51,774 nt of DNA from assembly GCA_003614675.1 (NCBI GenBank), contig ML002273.1, forward strand, positions 1 to 51,774, written 5' to 3'. The notes below the pieces were generated by a model, which worked only from the letters and a program-made list of their open reading frames with translations, searched no databases and was not told the DNA's origin. Source of the DNA: Dimargaris cristalligena. Its lineage: Eukaryota. Positions 24,135-33,861 of this stretch are shown piece after piece. How positions within the stretch are numbered: position 1 is the stretch's first letter; every line of letters begins with the position of its first letter. The translations under genes and the position numbers were made by a program.

Positions 24135-24409
24135 GCCGGCGACCGAAAGAGCATCCTTGGGCTAACTTCGGAGGAAAATGGTCGCCGGCCCATTTAACCG
24201 ACCGTTCTCAGCTTGGTGGCGAACCTACACACCCTTGTAGTATTGCTGGTGAGGCCAAGCAACAGGGATAGCGAAGAGTTGTTGATCAACTGCGCTCGGG
24301 GCCCAATATTAAAGGTGACAGCCTTTCCGGCCGCCTCTCCCCCTGGCCGCCCGCGTAGAGGCATACGCGACACCCTCATCACTGGTAGGCCACTCAAGCT
24401 GCCGAACGG
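24135..24409 (-). other. Putative structured RNA element: multi-branch fold 24202-24409 plus hairpin 24135-24189
   Basis: Long closing helix, four internal hairpins, and a perfect 10-bp stem GCCGGCGACC/GGTCGCCGGC. G-U pairs in the main fold favour the minus strand. Not recognised as a known family. Confidence 0.5.
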
Positions 24410-24423
24410 GGGAGACGAGGAAA

Positions 24424-24463
24424 AGAGAGACAGTGAAAGGGAGAGAGAGAGAGAGAGGGAGAG
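24424..24463. repeat. (GA/TC)n microsatellite; polypyrimidine tract on the minus strand
   Basis: Imperfect GAGAGA run directly adjacent to the structured element. Confidence 0.9.
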
Positions 24464-25138
24464 CAAGAATAAAGAAACGATATACTAAGGAGCAATATAA
24501 AGCCCCATGCTTTACTCATTATATTGGTGCGAATCCGTAACTCGGGTACTGCAAGCCATTGGTAGCTGACGAGCACCACTGTTAGTTACGAAGCTTTATA
24601 TTAGTGGCCAATGGAGTGCCGTGAATTTAGCTGGGAAAAGGAGAAGAGAGGGCAGGGCAGAGCGGAGAGACGACGAGCTGGGTTACCACACTACCCCCGC
24701 TCCCTACCTTAAGCCTAACCATGATGTCGAAGTTAGTTTACAATGCCAGTCAAGCAGAAGCATGCGCTCAATTATTGATACATGTAATAATATAGATGGG
24801 ACACTTAGACGCGATCCCAACGGGCCTGTTGGTGTCCGGGAGAGTCCTATTTCATCCGTCTAAACCGGATAAAGGTGTCGACACTGTACCCGAAAAATAC
24901 CCAGAATCCGCTTTGTGGGGCACTTACAGTAAACGGTGCCAACCGTTTATTAGCCTTTGGAGTATTGCAACTGGAATCGTGAAAATATGAGTACAAGGTC
25001 AGAGAAACTGAATAGGCTATAGGTAAAGATACAAGCAGCGAAATGGGTAAATATATAGTAAAAAAAATTGGAATACACGAAAACCCGCCCGGGGCGAATG
25101 GGTACGGAAAACAACTAAACTGATGACCCCGCCTTGCT

Positions 25139-27091
25139 CTATTTCAGGTCGAAGTAATCAAGCACTGAGTCCCTTCGGATCGTCGACACATCCTGCAGGG
25201 GGGCTGGAGGTGCTGAAGGGGAGGGGGGCCCGTGGTTTGGCCAGGGCCCCACAATCCGGGGTGATGGTGGAGGGGGAGACTGTGAACGTTTGGGACAGAA
25301 TAGCGTGGCTGTGAAGAGCATGGGTTCCGCCGACGCAAATAATACCGCAGGCGCGGGGATAGGGTCAGGCAGCCCAGCCAGCATGGGTTCAAGTTCGCGG
25401 CCGAGACGGCGGCCCGTCACCATTAATTGCTGGTGCATCGTTGCAAGACTGTCGTCAATGCTGGCAAAGAGTGCGGCGGTGCGGTTGTCGGTGGGCACTG
25501 ATCGGGTCAACGCTTCTCGGTACTGAGTCTGTTAACCAGGGGTACGAGAGGGTGGCGGGGATATAGGGATTAGTGAACCGTGAGGGCTAGGGGGTTATTA
25601 GCAAAAACGTGGTAGTTTTGGCTTGTCTAAGGGAGAATAATCCTAGTCATGGCGGGGGGACGGAAATATAAAACCGGGCTCGTAAATTAAACACCTACCT
25701 CAATAAAATCACGATCGGAATCTGTAGAGCGGGCCCGCTCCTTATTGACACGACTTGAAGCTACAGGCGTGGACACGAGACTGGCGATGGGTGGCTCGGT
25801 GTTTTGCTTCCGAAGAATTTGCTTATAAGCCTTATTTGTTGTGGCCAGGTCCTGGATGGTTTGTAACAGCTCAGCGATCTTTTCGTTGTGCACCTGTTTT
25901 AAGTTTTCAAAATCACTGGTATATTTCTTCTCCAGCGAGCACACCCGGGATTCCAGCCGGCGAACTTCCGAAGCCTTCTGGTACTCGACCTTCCGAATTT
26001 GGTTTTTTAGCGCTTCGTTTTCGGTCACCAGTGTCTTGTTTTGGCTCTGAGAAAGATGCAGGAATACAGTTTGGTGGTTAGAGGGGAAGGCACATCCAGC
26101 ATTAACTCTACCAGTTCATGGAATTCGCCAGCTTATCACAGCTGGGGAAATGTATCATATCGGGCAACAATGGTGGTATGGAATCAACCATACCCCATTT
26201 AAAGTGGGGTGATATTGGGGAAGGCAGCCCTCGCAATTTGTGATTTGAGAGAGGCTCCAGTGATAAAAGACGTACTTCGATATTGATTATATAGTCTTGG
26301 TATTCGCTTATTTGAACGGTAAAGTCGCGGTTCAAGAGTTCCATTTGGTGCATGACATCTTGAATGGTGGTTGATTCACTGCCCTGGCGGCGCCTAATAA
26401 ACCGAACCAATCAAAGTAAAATGGATAAGGTATACCCGTATCGTGTGTTTTAGTGAAGCGACTTTGGGCGATCATTTGCAAAATGGATTGCGAAGGAGCA
26501 GTTGGGCCTAATGCCACCCCTAACGACTCTCCATTTTAATATAACGCGAAGCATCGAGTGGAAATCAAGCGCAATTTGGCGCCGATCCGCATAGGGACAC
26601 TTACCTTTGCCGCATGCCGCCGGATATGGTCGTGGCGTTGCTAAAGAACTGGCTCAGCCTGCGGGAGGCAGTTTCACTTGGGGATATAACTAGGGTCTTG
26701 GGAGCCTGGTGGAGACCGCTGATAGATGGGCGGGGCGTGAGCGGGCTTGCAATAGCCATGGAGTTACTGCGCCTAGGATAGTTGATTCCGTAGAGTGTAA
26801 AATGATAGTATATATAGACATCGGTTGATGAGCTGGGGACATTCTAGAGAGACAGGGTAACCATGATCGAATAGTTAGGGGGGCAGCTAATGCAGACTAT
26901 AGCGTGACTCACCGTTTACTGACAATATCTGAACGCCGCTCGGTGGGGATATACGCGGGACGCGATCCGACTGGGCTTTCCTGACTGGAGTTCGAGTCGA
27001 GGGTACCGAACGGGTCCTGGGAGAGGTCGGTGGAGGACCGGTGGGGCTGGGTGGTGCCCAGGTCAGTATTGTAGTGAACCACAAAGGTCAT
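25139..27091 (-). CDS. Hypothetical coiled-coil protein, ~400 aa; exons 27091-26913, 26772-26605, 26393-26276, 26046-25699, 25528-25139
   Basis: Five exons join in frame via canonical introns (donors GTGAGT, GTAAGT, GTACGT, GTAGGT; YAG acceptors), total 1203 nt. Ser/Pro-rich N-terminus and central heptad-rich region (LVTENEALKNQIRKVEYQKASEVRRLESRV). Confidence 0.75.
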
Positions 27092-27565
27092 GGTCACGCA
27101 GCAGGTTAAGAGTAGAAGCAGGTTCCGGATGGACTAGGCGCCAACTGTGCGAATCGAGGTGGCCAGACAGGTCGTTGGCCGGTGGACACAATCGTGGAAT
27201 CAATATAAAGTGGGGCGAATGGAGTAGTAGAGGTGAAGGGTTTTAAGTAAAGGGGTCAGGCAGAAAGAATGAGAGGGGAGAATGTGGAGGTTGGCTATAA
27301 ACAAACGGCGTGGAAGGGGCGGAGTGTAAACACAGGCACACCCCATTGTTTTGTTCCTGGCCGTATGTCTCAGTTAGGCTATATGCAGCATATAACCCAC
27401 TCCTTCCCTTCCTTCTCCGACTGAAATCACACCCATCTATCATCACTGTCAACAAGGTTGTCTTGCTCATACCCTCTATATGGTCACGTGGCTTAGTCCA
27501 CCCTAACCTCCTCTCTCTCCCGATTAGTCAGAATAGGGAGGTGGAGAGGAGAGGGGATACTACCA

Positions 27566-27588
27566 TACTATACTATACTATACTATAC
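27566..27588. repeat. (TACTA)n short tandem repeat
   Basis: About four copies in the divergent promoter upstream of PRE8. Confidence 0.85.
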
Positions 27589-27663
27589 CATCCGCACAGC
27601 CTGCCCTGACCCTCCTAATCCCCCGTTTGACCTCCGCTTGGCCTGGCCAAACTAGGCGAATGA

Positions 27664-27674
27664 GAGAACTCCCA
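27664..27674 (+). promoter_or_regulatory. Candidate proteasome-gene upstream motif GAGAACTCCCA (copy 1)
   Basis: Identical 11-mer also upstream of PRE9 at 29445-29455. Confidence 0.4.
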
Positions 27675-27823
27675 CTGGGTTAGGCTCCCAGCAGCACTTC
27701 CGTATCCTTCTCCGAGTGCCATTCCCTTCTCATCTAACCCCAATTGCCCGATCCCTTTACCCATCCTACTTCAGTTACTCTTCTTCCATCTGTCCACTTT
27801 CAGCTCACACAAGCTCCGTCACC

Positions 27824-28816
27824 ATGTCCGACCGCTACAGCTTCTCCCTTACCACCTTCTCCCCGAGCGGCAAGCTCCTCCAAATTGAACATGCTCTCAA
27901 TGCCGTGGGCCAAGGGGTCACCTCCGTCGGTATCAAAGGTAGGTGTCCCTCCCAGCTCTACTTATTTACCCGAAAGGTGCATGTACCCGTAGCTGGGCCA
28001 TATCGCAGTAGCCAGCCTTCTTGATTACGCTTTTGGCCAGCCCATTCCCCCTTCTCAGGGTTACCAGTATCTGCGTAACCACCCCTCCTCTTGATAACCG
28101 GGCTAACCTTACCAATCCAATGGCGTCTCTATTATATATATTAACCCCCGCACCCCTACGCATATCCCTATCGATCTGAACCCTAACTAGCCTCCAACGG
28201 AGCCGTCATCGCCACGGAGAAGAAATCCACCTCCCCCTTGGTGGATACCTCCACCCTGGAAAAAATTAGCATGATCTGTTCCTCCGTGGGCCTCGTGTAC
28301 TCCGGAATGGGCCCCGATGCCCGGGTTTTAGTCAACAAGGGCCGCAAGAGTGCTCAGGCCTACCGCCGCGTGTATAACGAAGACCCGCCCGTCTCCATCC
28401 TGGTCAAGGAAATTGCTAGCGTCATGCAAGAATTCACCCAGTCCGGCGGTGTCCGGCCATTTGGCGTATCCCTGCTGGTGGCTGGTTTCGACGACAAAGG
28501 TCCCTCCCTCTACCAGGTGGATCCCTCGGGCTCTTATTTCGCCTGGAAGGCCACCGCTATTGGCAAGAACATGATTAACTCCAAGACCTTTTTGGAAAAA
28601 CGGTTTAACGAGGAAATGGAGTTGGAAGACGCCGTCCATACGGCCATTCTTACCCTGAAGGAGGGCTTCGAGGGCCAAATGACCGAGGACACCATTGAAA
28701 TTGGCATCATTGGTGGCGGCTCACCCCCCACTACTGCCACCGGCGAACCCCTGCCCTTCGCCTTCAAGAAACTGACCCCGTCGGAAATCAAGGACTATTT
28801 ATCGAACATTGCTTAA
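27824..28816 (+). CDS. PRE8: 20S proteasome subunit alpha-2; exons 27824-27938, 28191-28816
   Basis: [25 protein letters not shown]...[13 protein letters not shown]...[11 protein letters not shown]...[14 protein letters not shown]...[20 protein letters not shown]. Confidence 0.97.
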
Positions 28817-29444
28817 TCCGCTTTATGCTGTTGGCTCTAAACGGATGGGCCGGGTTACATTGTCTTATTGTCAGTGCCTACTCACTTGCTGACATAGCCC
28901 TCAACTCCCACCGTGTCTACCAGTTTCGTGGCATTAACCGGTTTCTTCATCTCAACCTCGTTATTATTCCGTATTTATCCGTGTATTTTGTTTCTAAATC
29001 CCACTCAATTAAACCGTATCCCATTTTCTGTTTTATACGGTTGGGAAGCACCACCAACTGCATATGAGCCCCTTTGAATGTTTAAACCTATTCCGTCCGT
29101 CTTATAATATGCCTGTAAAACATGAAGTTACGTAAGGAAGCGGGAACCCCCGAGGAGGCGTATAGCTTGATACATTAAATATATTTAAAATGTACGAAAT
29201 AGTTGGGAATAGTCCATTTTCAGGGCTCGACTTTAATAACTGGCCAATGGACTAGTCTTTATTTAGGCCGAGTAATAAACCATGCACCCCGCCGAATTAC
29301 TAGGAAATATCTAGAGGTTCGTCTATCCACACATACAAGTTAAGCAGCCTTAGTTACCAGGTAATTCCAGAGATATATCCAGTTCGCTGGCTGGCAATAA
29401 TAGCGTCCAGATTAATCCTCGCAGCACTGCTTATTAATAGCCGG

Positions 29445-29455
29445 GAGAACTCCCA
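29445..29455 (+). promoter_or_regulatory. Candidate proteasome-gene upstream motif GAGAACTCCCA (copy 2, within the near-palindrome GGGAGAACTCCC)
   Basis: Identical to 27664-27674 upstream of PRE8. Confidence 0.4.
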
Positions 29456-29679
29456 AGCCTATTTCCAGCCCAAGAATAGCCAGAGGGTCAAGCAGCCACC
29501 CTCGGTAGCTGCGATCTATCTGGCCCAGTCCTGTTAACCCTAACCCTTGTACGCAATGGTCGCATTCTCTCATCCACCGTCCTTAGCCATTCCAGTTCCA
29601 TCCCGCTATTCTCTCCTTCGATTCCCCGATTTCTTATAGTTTACATCCTCCGCTTCATTTCAACTTATTCATAAACATC

Positions 29680-30790
29680 ATGTCTCGCCGTTACGATTCA
29701 CGAACCACCATCTTCTCCCCCGAAGGTTAGTTACTCAGACTTCCAGCATCCCCGTTGTTCGCTCGGCCTATTAAACGACCCGGCCGTTCTGGGTTTTCCT
29801 AGAATCCGTCTTCAGAACACAACCCTGGCTAATACCGAGCCTTCATTTGTAGAGGGCACTTCGTCCGACTCTGCTTACTAACGGAGTTTTAACCCAGTGG
29901 GCCTAGTTGGGTCTTCCGCTCCGCCACCTCTAAAGCGTATCGTGGGCTCCTTAACCGATTACTCCGAAAACGATAAAATATGTACCCAGAGACCACCTCA
30001 AGTACCTCGACCTTCTAACTCATGTATCCTCTTTATCGTATGATCCAACACCCTCCCCCGTTTTGACTTCCCCTCGCTAGGTCGGCTCTACCAAGTGGAG
30101 TATGCCATGGAGGCCATCTCCCACGCGGGTACGGTTATCGGCGTGCTCAGCGATGAAGGGATCGTGCTGGCGGCTGAACGGCGGGTCACCTCTAAACTGC
30201 TCGAGGTGGGCCTGTCGTCCGAAAAGCTCTACGTTATCAACGACCATATGATCGCGGGTGTGGCCGGTATCACGTCGGATGCCAACACCTTGATCGAAAA
30301 TGCCCGCGTGCAGGCCCAGCAGTACTACCTATCGTACGGGGAGGAAATTCCCGCCGAGCAACTCGTCCAGCGCCTTTGTGACCTTAAGCAGGGTTACACC
30401 CAATACGGTGGGCTCCGGCCGTTCGGCGTTTCCTTCCTGTATGCTGGCTACGACGACCACTTCGGCTTCCAGCTGTACCACTCCGACCCCTCGGGCAACT
30501 ACGCCGGTTGGAAGGCCACCTGTATTGGCGCCAACTACAGCAGTGCCCAGAGTACCCTGAAACAAGACTACAAGGAGGACGGCATGACCATGAAGGATGC
30601 CATTGCCCTGGTTATGAAGGTTCTCGCGAAGATTATGGACACCAACTCCCTCTCGAGCGAAAACCTGGAGATGGCTACCCTGACCCTGGATGCCGATAAA
30701 GTGGTTCACCGCGTTTACGAACCCAAAGAAATCGACACCCTCCTGAAAGAACATGACGTGATTAAGTCCAGCGACGATATGATGGAGTAG
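29680..30790 (+). CDS. PRE9: 20S proteasome subunit alpha-3; exons 29680-29725, 30081-30790
   Basis: [32 protein letters not shown]...[24 protein letters not shown]...[18 protein letters not shown]. Confidence 0.97.
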
Positions 30791-31653
30791 GGGGTTAAGA
30801 TCCAACCTCCCCTAACCGCACCGCCCATATCCGTTAGTTCATGTAATCTGTATTCGTCTTGCCCGCATGGAGGAGGGTTGGGGCCGGCCGACTTGGCTGC
30901 GCGCCCTCTTTTTCCCTCTTCATTCCCTATCTTATTCTACTCCTTTTGAGTTTCCGCTATTTTTTTTATTTTTTTTTGAATCGTGGCCGGCCCTTCTTAC
31001 CTACCTTCCTCTCCCCTCTAAACATTGTCACTCTACTTTACTATCACTTGTTTACTCTGCCCGTTTCGAAGGCCCCATGAATATATCTACATTCTCGGTT
31101 AATCTTATCTGTTCAGCCCTTAGACCCTGGTGCGTTTCTTTTTGGTCATTTGCTTGGAGGCGGGCCTTTCATAGTTGCCATCTAATCTAGAAGAAAGGGG
31201 AAGCCAGTATGCTTTTAATGCAGGAAGTAGGAAGCAGGGACTCACGTGACTGTTCCCCATCTGCTATTTAGATGGGAGTGATGGGGGAGAAGTACAAAAT
31301 GCTGGGCTGTATGGCTATTATAGTGGAGGGGAGGAGGGTGGATGGGTGTGATAAAATATAGGTAGAGCACCAGAGAATACGCCCGTTTTAAAGCCAGAGG
31401 GGAGGGAAGCTGGGGCAAGTGGGCTGGCAATATAAAGAGGAGGGAGGGGAATACCATTATGGTAGAGTAGTCTAAAGGCTACAGATGACAAAGGTAAAGG
31501 TGAAGGTGAAGGATAGTGAAAGATGGACAGACACGCCCTTGCATGGGCTATGTATGAGGGGGTGGACTTTAGGATTTACTTGTAGCATATGGGGTGTAAT
31601 TTACCTGGGTTTATAGCCAAATTCTTATTTTCTTTACTTCCTCTAGTCAAAAG

Positions 31654-31679
31654 CCATTACCATTACCATTACCATTACC
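31654..31679. repeat. (CCATTA)x4 tandem repeat
   Basis: Four exact copies upstream of TOA2. Confidence 0.85.
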
Positions 31680-31897
31680 TGTTCTCTTTATTCGTTATAT
31701 CCTGTTCACTGTTTCATAAGTATTAATCTTGCTATTTCTAATAGCCTCCTACCCCAGCTCCTTGCGGGAATTTACGTATTCAATACCCCTGGCCCTGGAT
31801 CGCCGTCATCTCTTTCACCTTGTCTGGTTCCTGCTTTCCTATTTCCCCTATTATCCACCTTCGTTTTCGGAGACCCATTACCATAATATTGACCACC

Positions 31898-32224
31898 ATG
31901 ACTCAGTACTACGAACTTTACCGGTCTAGCTCGATTGGCGCCGCGCTGATGGACTCCCTCGACGAACTCATTGTCGAAGGTCTGCTAAACCCTCACTTGG
32001 CAATGCGCGTACTAGCCCAATTTGACAAGAGCATCTCCGACGCCCTCAGCAACAAAGTGAAAACCCGCATCACATTTAAGGGCAGCCTGCGCACCTACCG
32101 GCTATGTGACGAAGTGTGGACCTTTATCATTAAAAAGCCCAGTTTCAAATTCGATAACGAGGAGCTAACGGCCAACAAAATCAAAATCGTGGCCTGTAAT
32201 GCCCGTAAGCCGGGTGAGGCCTAG
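31898..32224 (+). CDS. TOA2: Transcription initiation factor IIA gamma (small) subunit
   Basis: [25 protein letters not shown]...FDKSI...[19 protein letters not shown]...KIKIVACN. Start context CCACC-ATG at 31898. Confidence 0.96.
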   Translation: MTQYYELYRSSSIGAALMDSLDELIVEGLLNPHLAMRVLAQFDKSISDALSNKVKTRITFKGSLRTYRLCDEVWTFIIKKPSFKFDNEELTANKIKIVACNARKPGEA

Positions 32225-32676
32225 GCCCGTTTTCCTCCCCCGAGCCGTGGTAGTTCAATACTGTGTTTTGGTCGTTTACTATCACAGACCCTCTTGTCTC
32301 TATGGGCTCAACAATAAATTGGGGTTACCAATATATCCCTCTATTGGTTTTCTGGCATTTACCACACTATCCTCTTAATATTTGAAATCCAGCTAGGGCC
32401 GACTCAATAACCTAGGGCATTATGGCGCAAAAGCCCCATCTTTGGTGAATACATTGGAAAAATAATATTTGATCGCTAAGCAATTCTACACCATGAGATC
32501 AATAAATGTATCTATAAATAAAGTAAGAGACCCAAACGCACCACGAAAGTGGGCTTACTCGCACAGCCTGCGACAATGGAGGGCGTCAGACAGTAAGGCA
32601 AGGCACTAAGCAATGGGGTTGGTGTGGGTAAAGGCGAGGTAGTAGTTGGTGAAGGGATAAATAGAAATCAGCCTAT

Positions 32677-33449
32677 TTATTCGGCCTGCTTCTTTTCGAA
32701 ATAGACCCACTGACCAGTAGGAGCGGGCTCCTGAAGCGGCTCCCAACTGCAAGGTGGGCATTGAAGTAGGGTAGGTGGTGTTTGAATATAGTGGCAAAGC
32801 CGCTTGGTTAGTACTGGTAATTGAAGCGGAGGGGCATAGGCGAGCACCATACACAATAATCGATGGATGTTGGATTAATTTCCTGGGGCCAAATCATGCC
32901 CACTATAATAGAGGGTTGCTCGGTATACTTACGGCTTAGCTTCGGCCATCTTCGGGATCAATTTGAGCTCGTCCTCGGCGGCCATGATAAGCTCCTCGAT
33001 TTGGCCACCATTCACAGAGGCCTCGAGTTGGGCGACATCGGACTCTCGTTCCACGATAGCCAGCCGGTGCTTGGTAAGGGCGGCGGTGGCCTGGCGGTAG
33101 ATGGCGTGCTCGGGGATTTGGGTTTCCAGTTCGGTAAGGGTTTTCCGGTACAGGTCAATTAGCACCGGGCGGGGGTTGGGGTGAACTTCGATTCCGCGGA
33201 GACCCGTGGTGGCCTGTGCATGGTATGGGTAAAGCAAGACAGGTAGGTGGTGGAATCGGGGAGAATAAGGAGGATTAGTGGAAAGGCGAGTGGAGGTGTG
33301 CCCTGGGCGGAATCGAAAGGGACACCCTTAGCATAGTGGACTATGCGAGCTGAAGGGCTGGCACAGAGTCCGTTGGGGAATTGACTTGTGCGAAGATGTG
33401 GGGCAGTTACCTTTTGGACGACCTGAAACAGGGAGCGAGTGAATTGCAT
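32677..33449 (-). CDS. NDUFA5: NADH:ubiquinone oxidoreductase subunit NDUFA5 (B13); exons 33449-33411, 33213-32933, 32746-32677
   Basis: MQFTRSLFQVVQK|ATTGLRGIEVHPNPRPVLIDLY...AIYRQATAALTKHRL...GQIEELIMAAEDEL...KP|WEPLQEPAPTGQW. Confidence 0.93.
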
Positions 33450-33861
33450 GGCGAATGAGCGAATACAGAAGGTTAGAGAGATAAGAACTAGAGAAGGAAC
33501 CGAGTAACAGAATCTTGGCTGCGCAGAAACCAACAAAAGAAGGAATGGGGAGAAGGGTCTTGTCAATGATGCACAGCCTGACGGCTCTGTAGCTCACTTA
33601 TCTTGCTTGACCAGGTTCGCCGCAGTGACAACTATTATTCCGATCCAACCCTAACCAAGTAAAACGAAGACATTCTCTTTCTGCGTTATTCAGCCAAGAA
33701 GGCCCTTCTTCCCTTTAACTATTGACCCTGGACGAACTCCGCACCCTTGCTCTTCCTCTCCGTTTCAGTCGCCTTTGGCCATACCCAGCCCGCCTGTGCA
33801 TTCCCTTTTACTTCTGCTTCTACTTCTTCTTATCCTAACATCACACATCTCCCCTTCCTCC

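Noticed and set aside
24202-24228. Similarity of CCGTTCTCAGCTTGGTGG to 18S rRNA helix 34/35 (CCGTTCTTAGTTGGTGG), plus GTGATGA...CTGA boxes on the minus strand suggesting a C/D snoRNA
   Set aside because: The CTGA lies inside the terminal helix, far out of register with the C box, so no C/D kink-turn can form. The segment is already explained by intramolecular pairing. Kept only as something an Rfam/snoscan run should test.
24271-24297. GCGAAGAGTTG resembles vertebrate telomerase RNA CR4/5 (P6.1)
   Set aside because: The P6.1 stem cannot form (AGAG is not followed by CTCT), and there is no CTAACCCT template or pseudoknot nearby.
24135-24409. TPP riboswitch, hammerhead, HDV-like ribozyme, SRP, RNase P/MRP or U3 identity for the structured element
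   Set aside because: Each has only a fragmentary motif (GCTGAGA, TGATGA/GAAA, GGCCGGC, GGCCAGG, GGGGCC) without the required partner motifs or geometry.
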